Shown here: positions 18,113 through 27,419 of the stretch, one piece after another
How the letters are laid out: the number at the start of each line of letters is the position of its first letter
Position numbering within the stretch: position 1 is the first letter of the stretch
Source of the DNA: Chloroflexota bacterium
GTDB lineage: Bacteria; Chloroflexota; Dehalococcoidia; Dehalococcoidales; JACQON01
Length of the DNA stretch: 64,000 bases
Direction of reading: 5' to 3'
Assembly (NCBI GenBank): GCA_016202545.1
Contig: JACQON010000032.1
Span: 37,453 to 101,452, forward strand
The notes under the pieces: model-generated
What the model was told of the DNA's origin: nothing
What the model saw: the letters and a program-made list of their open reading frames with translations, nothing else
The model's database searches: none
Program-made: the position numbers and the translations under genes

Positions 18113-19189
18113 ATGGGGTTAAGTTGTGGCCTGATAGGCTTACCATCTTCCGGGAAAACAGTTATTTTCAATGCTGTCACGGCTGCCGGGGTATCCAGTT
18201 ATAATGGTTCCGAGATGAACCGAGCGGTAGTCTATGTGCCTGACCAGCGCCTTAACCGGCTTACAGAAATTTACCGGCCACAAAAGGTGGTGCCGGCCAC
18301 GCTGGAAGTTGTTGATATCTCTGGGGTTAAGGTTGGCCATCAAAGAAATGAACATGGCTCCAGGTTGCTCGGGTATATTAAGGACGTTGAAGCATTGTTG
18401 CACGTAGTACGTTGCTTTGAAGATGATAGTATTCCCTTTGAGTATGAGACGATAGACCCGGTACGGGATATCGAGACGGTTGACCTGGAACTGATGGTTG
18501 CTGATAGTAACACGCTTGAAAATAAGATTAAACGTCTGGCAAAGAAGGTGCGTGCAGGAGATAAGGACGCTATTCGGGACACTGCCAATTGCGAGAAGGT
18601 GTACACTGCTATTCAGCAGGGCACCCCGGCGCGCAAGCAAAACCTGAGTGTTCAGGAACTAGCCAGTATCCGTGAATGTAATCTTGCCTCGTTAAAACCG
18701 GTATTGTATATCGCTAATATTAAATCCATAGCGGATGCAGGTAATCACCATGTAAAGGCACTGGAACGGATTGCCAGTGACGAGGGGGCGGAAGCAATTG
18801 TTATCTGCGGTAAGGATGAAGCTGATATCAGCCAACTGAGCTTGGAGGAACGGCAGGAGTTTCTACGGGAACTCGGGTTAAAAGAGTCATCAATGGAGCG
18901 CCTCCTTAGCGCCGCCTATAGAATGCTGGGACTGATAAACTTCTTTACAACCGGGGAGGATGAGGTGCGTGCTTGGACTTGCCGGAAGAAAGATAAAGCC
19001 CCGGTAGCCGCTGGCAAGATTCACACTGATATGGAAAAGAGTTTTATTCGCATGGAGGTTATCCGCTATGAAGACCTTATCGAGCTTGGCAGTGAGGCGG
19101 CGATATCTAAAGCAGGTCGCCAGCGTCTTGAGGGCCGTGACTATGAGGTACAGGACGGCGACATTGTAGCGGTGCGCTTCAGCAAGTAG
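18113..19189 (+). CDS. ychF: Divergent YchF/Obg-family ATPase
   Basis: GLIGLPSSGKT, VPDQRL, HVVRCFED, FFTTGEDEVRAWT, AGKIHTD, DGD; start at MGLSCG after AAGGA. Confidence 0.9.
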   Translation: MGLSCGLIGLPSSGKTVIFNAVTAAGVSSYNGSEMNRAVVYVPDQRLNRLTEIYRPQKVVPATLEVVDISGVKVGHQRNEHGSRLLGYIKDVEALLHVVRCFEDDSIPFEYETIDPVRDIETVDLELMVADSNTLENKIKRLAKKVRAGDKDAIRDTANCEKVYTAIQQGTPARKQNLSVQELASIRECNLASLKPVLYIANIKSIADAGNHHVKALERIASDEGAEAIVICGKDEADISQLSLEERQEFLRELGLKESSMERLLSAAYRMLGLINFFTTGEDEVRAWTCRKKDKAPVAAGKIHTDMEKSFIRMEVIRYEDLIELGSEAAISKAGRQRLEGRDYEVQDGDIVAVRFSK

Positions 19190-19229
19190 CAGCGAGCATA
19201 ATTCCGCAAACAGCAAACTGGGCCACTCT

Positions 19230-19290
19230 GGACAGTTCCCGGGCTTCTGTTTGAGAAGAAGCAATTGATTGCGGCATTGTAACAGTTACT
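19230..19290 (+). repeat. Degenerate direct repeat, copy 1 (coding remnant TVPGLLFEKKQLI)
   Basis: GGACAGTTCCCG...TGTTTGAGAAGAA shared with 19890-19950. Confidence 0.75.
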
Positions 19291-19395
19291 CGTATCCACT
19301 CCTGGTTCACCGTCTTAGCGGTACTGATAGTAGTTCATCTGCATCTATGATATAATTATGGCCGAAGATAAATCTCGCTGAAGGCGGAGGTCATT

Positions 19396-19659
19396 ATGGG
19401 TGTGCTTACTGACTATGTTAATCAAGCTTTATCACAGGCTGTTTATGATAAGCTGGAAGATGGTACTTTCTCCGGACGAATCCCTCCATGTGCTGGAGTG
19501 GTAGCCTTCGGTGCTACTTTAAAGGAGTGTGAAGCAGAGTTACGCTCCACTCTAGAAGACTGGATTTTAGTAGGTCTTAAGCTGGGTCATCCCTTGCCGG
19601 TAATAGGCGGCATAGACCTTAACAAGGAGCCACAGCGTGAGCCAGTGGAGGCGGTGTAA
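19396..19659 (+). CDS. hicB: HicB-family antitoxin (short form)
   Basis: EDGTFSGRIP..GVVAFGATLKEC...LP fold; SD GGAGG. Confidence 0.85.
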   Translation: MGVLTDYVNQALSQAVYDKLEDGTFSGRIPPCAGVVAFGATLKECEAELRSTLEDWILVGLKLGHPLPVIGGIDLNKEPQREPVEAV

Positions 19660-19870
19660 ACGACGGGACTTTATCCGCTGTCTCCAGAAACTTGGCTTCG
19701 ATGGACCCTACTCCGGAACAAGACATCAGTTCATGGTCTATAAACAACATCGGCTGGCTATTCCCTCCAACTCCGAGTATTCAGTGCCTCAGCTACGAAT
19801 GATGCTAAACGAAGTAGAACAAATCATAGGGCGCCAAATTTCGGCTGAAGAATGGGCACATCTGCGATAG
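19637..19870 (+). CDS. hicA: HicA-family toxin
   Basis: LQKLGF...GTRHQFM...IP; overlaps hicB. Confidence 0.85.
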   Translation: MSQWRRCKRRDFIRCLQKLGFDGPYSGTRHQFMVYKQHRLAIPSNSEYSVPQLRMMLNEVEQIIGRQISAEEWAHLR

Positions 19871-19889
19871 GTATCCGTTGCAAAACAAG

Positions 19890-19950
19890 GGACAGTTCCC
19901 GAACTCTTGTTTGAGAAGAAACAACTAATACCAGAGATACAGCGGTTGCT
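19890..19950 (+). repeat. Degenerate direct repeat, copy 2 (coding remnant TVPELLFEKKQLI)
   Basis: Aligns to 19230-19290 without gaps. Confidence 0.75.
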
Positions 19951-20037
19951 TATTTCACAGATGGGACGGGCTAATCCGTGTAATGTTATAATTAAAATAT
20001 GACCCGGGGATGAATTCTAGCCCTAAGGAGGAAAACA

Positions 20038-20438
20038 TGCAAACTGCAGAAGAACAATCAATTATAAAGGAAACTGAAGCCTTTGCTGAAGTTTGGAGCA
20101 AGGGAGATGCGAAAGCAGCAGCATCCTTCTATACCGAGGATGCTACACGGGTTGGGGCTTTCGGTGATGTACAGCACGGTCTGGCTGAAATCGAAGCCGC
20201 GTATGATAAGCTTTTACATCAAACGATGCCAGGAGCAAAGGTTAAGCAGGAGCGTGGTAGTGTCCGGTTCCTTTCTTCAAGACTTGCGGTATGGCAGGGT
20301 GGGATTGAGATTATTCCTCCTAGCGGCGGCCCATCGTTGAAAGGTCACGTAGTTCAGGTAATGAAGAAAGTAAAGGGACGCTGGCTCATTTTTGAGGCGC
20401 ATCCTAAAATATTCCCGCCCCCGCCAGCGACAAGATGA
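20038..20438 (+). CDS. SnoaL/NTF2-like (SgcJ/EcaC-type) protein
   Basis: WSKGDAKAAASFYTEDA...G..EI...GRWLI; SD TAAGGAGG. Confidence 0.8.
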
Positions 20439-20492
20439 CCTCAGCCGACACGAAGAGCGTTGCTTCAATTCTGCTATGCTTTTGCGAGCGGT

Positions 20493-20577
20493 TGGTGGGG
20501 AAGGGGGGACTCGAACCCCCACGCATCGCTGCACTGGATCCTAAGTCCAGCCCGTCTGCCAGTTCCGGCACTTCCCC
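20493..20577 (-). tRNA. tRNA-Leu (anticodon TAG), CCA encoded
   Basis: GGGGAAG/CTTCCCC acceptor stem, CTGGA-CTTAGGA-TCCAG anticodon arm, long variable arm, GGTTCGAGTCC T arm. Confidence 0.97.
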
Positions 20578-20718
20578 GCATGGGTTACTGATATTATAGC
20601 ATTTTATTTTAGCTGCTTTGAAAACGCTGGGGCGGCGTGTTAACATGGGTTTCAAGGCATGTGTCGCCGGAGGCCGGTGCACTGTCCGGCGCAGAGCGAC
20701 GAGATAGCGTGATAAGCG

Positions 20719-21924
20719 GTGGCAAGCGGGAAGTTTAACTATGGCTGGATAGTGCTGCTGGCCGCCTTTGTTATCGGGGTTACTGGCTCCGGCGTACAGC
20801 TGTCCTTCGGCGTCTTTTTTAAATCCCTGGAAGCTTATTTCAACCTGACCAGGGCATCTACTTCGACAATTCTCTCGGCTCACCTGTTGCTTTCCCTGGT
20901 GTTTTCCATTGTCGGCGGCTGGGCTTTGGACCACTATGGCCCAAGGACAGTCCTCATCCTGATGGGTGTGTTTACCGGTTTGAGCCAGTTGCTGGCCAGC
21001 CAGGCTGGCACGCTGTGGCACCTGTTCGCCAGCTATAGCCTGCTGGCAATGGGCGTTGGTGCCATCTTTCCGGTTCTGACGTCAATAGCTTCAAGGTGGT
21101 TCATCAGGGGACGCGGGCTGGCCGTGGGCATCACCATTTCCGGGCTTTATATCGGGATGATGGTGGTCTCGCCCATATCGGCTTATCTTATCTCCAACTA
21201 TGGCTGGCGAATGTCTTACTTTATCCTGTCCCTCGTTGCCTTTTTGGGCATGGTGCCCGCTGCCTTGCTGGTGAGGAGGGCCCCCGGCGAGGTAACTATC
21301 TCCTCTGCCACGGACAGTCGCCGGGAGGCCGCCCATGTCAGTCCGGAAAATTATTCTCTGCGTCAGGCGACCAGGGCGGGAAACTTCTGGACGCTTTTCT
21401 TTATCTGGTCTCTGGGCGGCTTTTGCTATTACATCATAGCGGCGCACGCGGTCCCGTATGCAGGTGACCTGGGTATAGCGCCTACCATGGCAGCTTTGGT
21501 ACTCAGCATATTTGCTGGCGCCAGCATTATAGGCAGCGTGCTGGTAGGTGTAGTCTCAGACAGGGTGGGTAGAAAAAAGACGGTGGCGAGCTGCAGCCTG
21601 CTTATGGCAGCGGCCATGTTGCTGCTGGGGGTATCGTCCAGTCTATGGATGCTTTATCTATCCGCCGTCCTGTCCGGTTTCGCCTTCGGCGGCTTTATTG
21701 CTCCGCTTGGCGCTCTCACTGGCGATACCTTCGGGCTGCGCCATCTGGGCAAGATTGCGGCGGTGCTGGAAGCTGGCTGGATGCTTGGCGGCGCCATCGG
21801 CCCGGCTTTGGCCGGGTACCTGTTTGATATCAGCGGGAACTATCTCTTTGCCTTCATGGCCGGAATGGCGGCGGCGCTGGCATCGGCCGGGCTAGTCCTG
21901 CTTTTCAGGACGGCTAAGGTTTGA
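20719..21924 (+). CDS. MFS transporter (OFA/MCT-like)
   Basis: GWALDHYGPR, WF...RGLA.G, SDRVGRK; 12 TM. Confidence 0.92.
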   Translation: MASGKFNYGWIVLLAAFVIGVTGSGVQLSFGVFFKSLEAYFNLTRASTSTILSAHLLLSLVFSIVGGWALDHYGPRTVLILMGVFTGLSQLLASQAGTLWHLFASYSLLAMGVGAIFPVLTSIASRWFIRGRGLAVGITISGLYIGMMVVSPISAYLISNYGWRMSYFILSLVAFLGMVPAALLVRRAPGEVTISSATDSRREAAHVSPENYSLRQATRAGNFWTLFFIWSLGGFCYYIIAAHAVPYAGDLGIAPTMAALVLSIFAGASIIGSVLVGVVSDRVGRKKTVASCSLLMAAAMLLLGVSSSLWMLYLSAVLSGFAFGGFIAPLGALTGDTFGLRHLGKIAAVLEAGWMLGGAIGPALAGYLFDISGNYLFAFMAGMAAALASAGLVLLFRTAKV

Positions 21925-21972
21925 CCTGGCAGCCCCAAACAGTATAATAGAGGTCGGGCTGTGGAGGGAAAC

Positions 21973-22650
21973 ATGGTTGAAGTTCGAGCTAAGGAAGCTG
22001 TCGGCAGGATAGTTGACCTGCTGCGGGAGGAGTATGGCCCACCTGATCGCCAGACGCGTGACGGCCCGGTTTCAGTGCTGGTGCAGACCATCCTCTCGCA
22101 GAATACCTCCGATGTCAACTCAGGCGCTGCCTTTGGCTGCCTTCTGGCCGCCTTCAACAACTGGGAAGAGGTGGCTGAAGCCAGCGTTGATACCCTTATC
22201 ACCTGCATCAGGCGTGGCGGGCTGGCAAAGATAAAGGCCCAGCGCATAAAGCAGGTCCTCGGACAGATAGTGCAGGAGCGGGGCAGGCTTGAGTTGGGCT
22301 TTTTGCGCCAGCTCGGTCCGGCTGAGGCCGAAGCATGGCTAACGAGACTGCCCGGGGTGGGGCTGAAAACAGCCCGCTGCGTGTTGCTCTTTTCCTTCGG
22401 GCTGCCCGCCTTGCCCGTTGATACCCACATCCTGCGGGTGAGCAAACGCCTGGGTCTGCTCAGCCCCGGGGCATCACTGGAGGAAGCGCACCGCATACTG
22501 GGGGTGATGGTGCCGCCGGAATATGTCTATGATTTCCATGTGCTGATGATAGAGCATGGAAGAAGGACATGCCGGGCCCGTAACCCGAACTGCCGGGGCT
22601 GCGTCCTGAGGGAGATATGCCCCAGCTACAGCTTATTTGTGAGAGACTAG
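21973..22650 (+). CDS. nth: Endonuclease III-like HhH-GPD glycosylase
   Basis: ILSQNTSD, LPGVGLKTA, PVDTH, C-x6-C-x2-C-x5-C. Confidence 0.9.
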   Translation: MVEVRAKEAVGRIVDLLREEYGPPDRQTRDGPVSVLVQTILSQNTSDVNSGAAFGCLLAAFNNWEEVAEASVDTLITCIRRGGLAKIKAQRIKQVLGQIVQERGRLELGFLRQLGPAEAEAWLTRLPGVGLKTARCVLLFSFGLPALPVDTHILRVSKRLGLLSPGASLEEAHRILGVMVPPEYVYDFHVLMIEHGRRTCRARNPNCRGCVLREICPSYSLFVRD

Positions 22651-22740
22651 CACCTGGTTGCAGAAATAGGTGTATTACCCTGAAAATACCTTCATTTTCA
22701 TCCTTCGTGGTGCCGCTGGCAAGCGACATGGAGGATTGTT

Positions 22741-23002
22741 ACGAAATAAGATATTTTGGTGAACCCATCCCCCTTTGTCCCCCTTCCCTTGGGGAATTGG
22801 TGAAGGGAAGGGGGAGTCAGTATAAAGAGGGGGCGAAGCCCCCTCTTTCAAAATCTCCCCTTCTCCTTGCGAGGAGAAGGGGTTCACCCTGAAGGCTCAC
22901 CCTGAAGGGGATTAAGGGGATGAGGTCACACTTCTAAGGAGCGCTTAGATTGGAACATTTTCATCCTTTGTGGTGCGTGTTGTCCAGCATGATAGATTCT
23001 GA
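22741..23002 (+). repeat. Long modular palindromic element, family A (full copy)
   Basis: Similar along its length to 53196-53425 and, inverted, to 24969-25245. Confidence 0.85.
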
Positions 23003-23047
23003 CCCGAAGCCCTGAGTGCAGCGAAGGGACAGCGAAGAGTCTTATGG

Positions 23048-23812
23048 TTACGCTGTCAGCCTTCGTTTCATGGTAGTCAACGACGTCAGAAAGAACGCTA
23101 CGGTCAGGACTATAATCAGAGTCAGTGCCAGGAGCAGGGGGAGGCTGAACTGTCCGCTGACCAGCGCCCTGGTGAGGTGAACTACCGGAGTTAGCGGTAC
23201 TACCCAGCTCATGGTCTGCACAATCTCAGGGAATGAGGACAGGGGGAAGAAGACACCGCTGAAGAAGAACATCGGGGTGACCACCAGGGTGAAGTAGTAG
23301 TTGAAGCTGTAGATAGACGGGGCGAATGAGGTGATGAGCATGGCGATAGAGGCAAACATCAGGCCTTCCAGGAAAGCCAGCGGAGGTATGATGAGCGCCC
23401 ATAGTGAGTGCACCAGCCCGAAGGCTGAGGCGACGATGAGTATGGCGGTGCCGGTCATGAACGAGCGTGTAGCCCCCCAGAAAATCTCCCCGGCGATGAC
23501 ATCCTCGACGTTAAGCGGAGTGGCGATGATGGCATCGAAAGTCCTCTGGAACTCCATGCGGACGAAGCTGCCGTAGGTACACTCAAAGCTGGCGCTGAAC
23601 ATGGCGTAGCTGGCGATTATGCCGGGCACGATGAACTCGATATACTTCTGTCCATCAACCAGGCCCACATAGGCCCCCAGTCCGGTGCCCATGGCCAGCA
23701 GGATGATGATAGGCTCAGCCACAAATCCGGGCGCTTCTGAGTGCCATAGCTTGAGGAACACGTCACGGTCGCGCTGCCATACCCTGATGAAGCGCCAGGA
23801 GAAGAGCTTCAT
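23048..23812 (-). CDS. ABC-2 exporter permease (NodJ-like)
   Basis: YIEFIVPG, TPL, GEIFW, PMFFFSGVFFP. Confidence 0.92.
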   Translation of the reverse strand: MKLFSWRFIRVWQRDRDVFLKLWHSEAPGFVAEPIIILLAMGTGLGAYVGLVDGQKYIEFIVPGIIASYAMFSASFECTYGSFVRMEFQRTFDAIIATPLNVEDVIAGEIFWGATRSFMTGTAILIVASAFGLVHSLWALIIPPLAFLEGLMFASIAMLITSFAPSIYSFNYYFTLVVTPMFFFSGVFFPLSSFPEIVQTMSWVVPLTPVVHLTRALVSGQFSLPLLLALTLIIVLTVAFFLTSLTTMKRRLTA

Positions 23813-24732
23813 TCTATCAGTGACCTCCCGGTGAGCCGGAAGAAGACGTCTTCCAGTGTGGCTGGCCTTCGTTTCAGCTTGTCCGGGGAAGATGCTATCC
23901 CCTGTACCAGCTTATCGCCGTCAACGTGGAAGACGTAAATTCTGCTCACCGCATCCTCAAAGTCAAGTTGACGACTTTGCAGTTCGGCGATGGCCCGGCC
24001 TCTTTCTTCGGGGCTCACCTCGACCTCTATCACCTCTCTGCCCACGTACCTGTAGATGAGCTCCTGCGGCTTATCAAGACTCAAAATCTTGCCCTGGTGC
24101 ATTATGGCCACCCGGTCGCAGAGGGTGGTGGCCTCTTCCATGTTCTGAGTGCACAGAAACTCGGTAACGCCCTGCGATTTCAGCTCGGCCAGCTTGTGCC
24201 AGACCAGGTACTTGGCCTGGGGGTCAAGGCCGATGGTTGGCTCGTCCAGTACCAGAATCCTGGGATGGTTGAGCAAGCCCCTGGCCAGCAGCAGGCGGCG
24301 CTTCATGCCGCCTGAGAGCTCTCTTATCTGGCTATTCTGCTTGCCTTCCAGCTCAAACAGCTTGAGCACTTCCCTGCTCCGCCGGGATGCCTCGTCGCGG
24401 GGTATGTCAAAGTAGCGGGCAAAGGTCAGCAGGTTCTGGAGTACGCTCAGGTCGGGGTCGAGGTTGTCCATTTGCGGGACCACCCCCAGCACAGCCTTCG
24501 CCTGGCGGGCAAAATGCTTGAGGCTCTTGCCTTGTATCCACATTTCTCCCGCCGTGGGTGGTGATACGGCGGTTATCATCTTGATGAGGGTGGTCTTGCC
24601 TGCCCCGTTGGGCCCGAGCAGCCCGAAGCATTCTCCCTCTTCTATCTCCAGGCTGATGTCATCTACGGCCACCAGTTGCTTATATTTCTTGGTCAGGTGT
24701 TCGGTCTTGATAACGGACATGGCAGGCACCAT
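23809..24732 (-). CDS. ABC exporter ATPase (NodI-like)
   Basis: GPNGAGKT, LSGGMKRR, LDEPT. Confidence 0.93.
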   Translation of the reverse strand: MVPAMSVIKTEHLTKKYKQLVAVDDISLEIEEGECFGLLGPNGAGKTTLIKMITAVSPPTAGEMWIQGKSLKHFARQAKAVLGVVPQMDNLDPDLSVLQNLLTFARYFDIPRDEASRRSREVLKLFELEGKQNSQIRELSGGMKRRLLLARGLLNHPRILVLDEPTIGLDPQAKYLVWHKLAELKSQGVTEFLCTQNMEEATTLCDRVAIMHQGKILSLDKPQELIYRYVGREVIEVEVSPEERGRAIAELQSRQLDFEDAVSRIYVFHVDGDKLVQGIASSPDKLKRRPATLEDVFFRLTGRSLIE

Positions 24733-24818
24733 TGATTAGAGTATGCTCCAAGACAATCATACCAGCTTCAGGGACTACCTGCAAAGTGCGGCGCAGTGAG
24801 ATTGTTTACGAACACTCT

Positions 24819-24959
24819 GTCATTGCGAGGGCTTCAGCCTTCAGGCCGAGCTTCAGTCCGAGGCCCGAGTTCAGCGTTCGACTGAGCTCACGCCGAAGTC
24901 CCGAGGGCGAGAGCCCGAAGCAATCTCAGGCGACACTCTGTGCCTAATCGGAGATTGCT
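24819..24959 (+). repeat. Nested REP-like element, family B
   Basis: GTCATTGCGAG...CGAAGCAATCTC frame; near-identical inverted copy at 33848-33988. Confidence 0.88.
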
Positions 24960-24968
24960 TCACTACGC

Positions 24969-25245
24969 TCAGAATCTATCATGCTGGACAACCGGCACCA
25001 CAAAGGATGAAAATGTTCCAATCTAAGCGCCCCCTAGAAGCGTGACCTCATCCCCTTAATCCCCTTCAGGGTGAGCCTTCACTTCGTGGCTCGCCACCGC
25101 TTCTCGCCACAGGTGGTGACCTCAGTGGAACCAGGGTGAACCCCTTCTCCTGAGCAGGAGAAGGGGAAGAGATTTAGAGAGGGGCTTCGCCCCTCTCTTT
25201 TACTTAACTCCCTCTTCCCACTGGGAAGAGGGTAGGGAGATGGGC
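24969..25245 (-). repeat. Family A element, inverted copy
   Basis: Reverse complement of the GATGAGGTCAC...TTAGATTGGAACATTTTCATCCTTTGTGGTG...CAGCATGATAGATTCTGA tail plus hairpin modules. Confidence 0.85.
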
Positions 25246-25382
25246 GCTCGTCTGAAGTCAGGCGATAACATCTAAGCACGCGGAACGCGTATTTTCGTAG
25301 CAATGACATACTGAATCTCTGTCTGATGAATTGCCGAACAATCTCGCGCAGTTGAACCAGGGCGATAAATGCGGTGTGGCTC

Positions 25383-26675
25383 TTATCGCAGCAGGCCGGG
25401 CAGCCACAGGGGGATTTGAGGGAAGGCCACGAGAAGGGCGACGTTGATATATATAGGGATGAGGAAGGGGAGAGACCCGCGCACCACTGTTCCTATGGAG
25501 TGCTGGGGAACCACGCTCTTGAGTATGAACAGGCTCAAGCCAAAGGGAGGAGTAACGTTGCTCTGCTCACCGGCCATGACGTAAATTATTCCCCACCAGA
25601 TGGGGTTGAAGCCCAGCTTGACTACGACCGGAAAGACGAAGCTGATGGTGAGGAAGAGCATTGACCATGAGTCAAAGAACATGCCCATTACCAGATACAT
25701 GAGCAGGAAAAGGACGAGTATGCCGTACTTGCCGATGGGCAGGGCCAGCATGGCGTCTGTCATCCGGTGGGTAAGCCCCAGGATGTTGAACACATGGACC
25801 AGTGTTAAGGCGGCTATCATGATGAAGAACATCATGCTGCATACCTTGACGGTATCCAGGAAGCTCGCCTTGAGTACCTGCAAGTTGAGCCGCCGGTAAA
25901 AAAGCCCGATGATGAGGCTGAGGAAAGCGCCCATGGCGGCGGCTTCGGTCGGCGTCATGACGCCGCCGAACATCACCCCCAGCACTCCAAGCACTACTAC
26001 CAGCGCCGGCAGCACTCCCGGTAGCACGGTGAACCTCTCCTTCCAGCTCACCGAGGGCACCTGAGGAGCCAGGTTGGGACTTATCTTTACCCTGATTATG
26101 ATGTACATGATGTAGAGCGCTATGAGCATTACCCCGGGCACAATGCCGGCAGCGAAGAGGTCGAGTATGGAGATGCGTTGCCATACTCCGTAGACGATGA
26201 GGAGCAGGCTGGGTGGGATAAGCGGCGCCAGGATAGCCCCCATGGCTATAGAGCCCAGGGCCAGGCCAGGCTCATACCCTCTTTTCTCCATGGCCGGAAA
26301 GGAGATGCGGCCGAAGGTGGCACATGCCGCCACCGAGGAGCCGCTCATGGCGGCAAAGACGCCGCTGGCCCCGATGGTGGCACAGGCCAGCCCGCCGGGG
26401 AGCCGGCTCAGCCATCTTTCCAGCGCGTAGTAAAGCTTCTCGTTGATGCCGGTATTGGCCAGTATGTTGCCCATGAAGATGAAAAGGGGCACCGCAGTGA
26501 GCACGAAGGAATATAGCCCGTTCCAGGCGCTCCAGGCGAACGTGCTCAGGGGCTGGCCGACGATTATCAGCCCTATGGCGGCTACTATGCTGATGGCCCA
26601 GGCAACGTGTATCCCGGCAAAGAGGAGCACCAGCAGGCCGACGACAAGGATGATGGCTACCGTCATGTCACTCAT
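25383..26675 (-). CDS. dctM: TRAP transporter large permease
   Basis: AVPLF, SGSS, LIPPS, TPTEAA, TPPFG. Confidence 0.95.
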   Translation of the reverse strand: MSDMTVAIILVVGLLVLLFAGIHVAWAISIVAAIGLIIVGQPLSTFAWSAWNGLYSFVLTAVPLFIFMGNILANTGINEKLYYALERWLSRLPGGLACATIGASGVFAAMSGSSVAACATFGRISFPAMEKRGYEPGLALGSIAMGAILAPLIPPSLLLIVYGVWQRISILDLFAAGIVPGVMLIALYIMYIIIRVKISPNLAPQVPSVSWKERFTVLPGVLPALVVVLGVLGVMFGGVMTPTEAAAMGAFLSLIIGLFYRRLNLQVLKASFLDTVKVCSMMFFIMIAALTLVHVFNILGLTHRMTDAMLALPIGKYGILVLFLLMYLVMGMFFDSWSMLFLTISFVFPVVVKLGFNPIWWGIIYVMAGEQSNVTPPFGLSLFILKSVVPQHSIGTVVRGSLPFLIPIYINVALLVAFPQIPLWLPGLLR

Positions 26676-27181
26676 TGGGCCTGTTCCTCCCTGCGTGCCA
26701 TGCTTCTCGTGGTCCTGACCAGGTCAATAACCATGGCGACGAAGAGCAAGACGGTGCCCGCTACCAGCGCCAATCGGGGATATACCAGGGGTATCCGCAT
26801 CCAGCCATAGCCCCTTATGCCGGTTGCTAGGGAAGTCAGTATCAGGGAGTAGCTGGCGTAGATGAATACCAGCACCACAGCGGTGATGATAATCAGCACT
26901 ATGTACTCCATCCAGGTTCTGACCCGCCGCGGCACCAGGTTGAGGACGAACTCAATCCTGATGTGGGCCTTTTCTTTCCAGGTATAACCCAGCCCCAGGA
27001 ACACTATGGCAATCAGCATATAAGCGCCGATTTCATCGGCAACGCGTAGCGGCGAGTTGAATACGTATCTGGCTGTCACCTCGGTCAGCACCAGGAGCAT
27101 CATGATAACCACCAGCCATCCCGGGAAGTGGCCACCCACTACATTGGTTATGGTGTCCATGATGCTGGCTGCCCGCTTCAT
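26672..27181 (-). CDS. dctQ: TRAP transporter small permease
   Basis: EVTARYVF..PLRVADEI...HIR. Confidence 0.9.
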   Translation of the reverse strand: MKRAASIMDTITNVVGGHFPGWLVVIMMLLVLTEVTARYVFNSPLRVADEIGAYMLIAIVFLGLGYTWKEKAHIRIEFVLNLVPRRVRTWMEYIVLIIITAVVLVFIYASYSLILTSLATGIRGYGWMRIPLVYPRLALVAGTVLLFVAMVIDLVRTTRSMARREEQAQ

Positions 27182-27375
27182 CTTGCCCTCGCTGAAAGTG
27201 ACCTTTCCGAGTAACAGGGCTATCAAATGTGATAGTCCTGTTGTTCTTTTTCGTACAGATTGATGCTATTACAGAATCACAGTATATTGGAGATACATTA
27301 CAGCAGTATGTTCCCTCTTGTCAAGTAGCTTGCTATTAAGGGGGTTTAATAACTACATGGCAGGTGACTACATAT

Positions 27376-27403
27376 GTCATTGCGAGCGTAGCGAAGCAAT
27401 CTC
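27376..27403 (+). repeat. Minimal family B REP unit
   Basis: GTCATTGCGAGCGTAGCGAAGCAATCTC. Confidence 0.75.
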
Positions 27404-27419
27404 CTTGACTGATGTGCAA

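Larger units (their letters stand above)
17815..20510. mobile_element. Degenerate genomic island or tandem integration scars at the tRNA-Leu 3' end
   Basis: 17815-17832 matches the tRNA 3' end 20493-20510 at 15/18 nt; interior visibly AT-richer; internal repeats at ~19230 and ~19890; no integrase. Confidence 0.6.

Noticed and set aside
24819..24930. CRISPR-like appearance of the short CCGAG/CTTCAG repeats
   Set aside because: No constant repeat with unique spacers and no cas genes.
22675..25309. ORFs 22617-22892, 22675-22887, 24732-24947 and 25079-25309 (also 36370-36630)
   Set aside because: They are translations of palindromic repeat elements.
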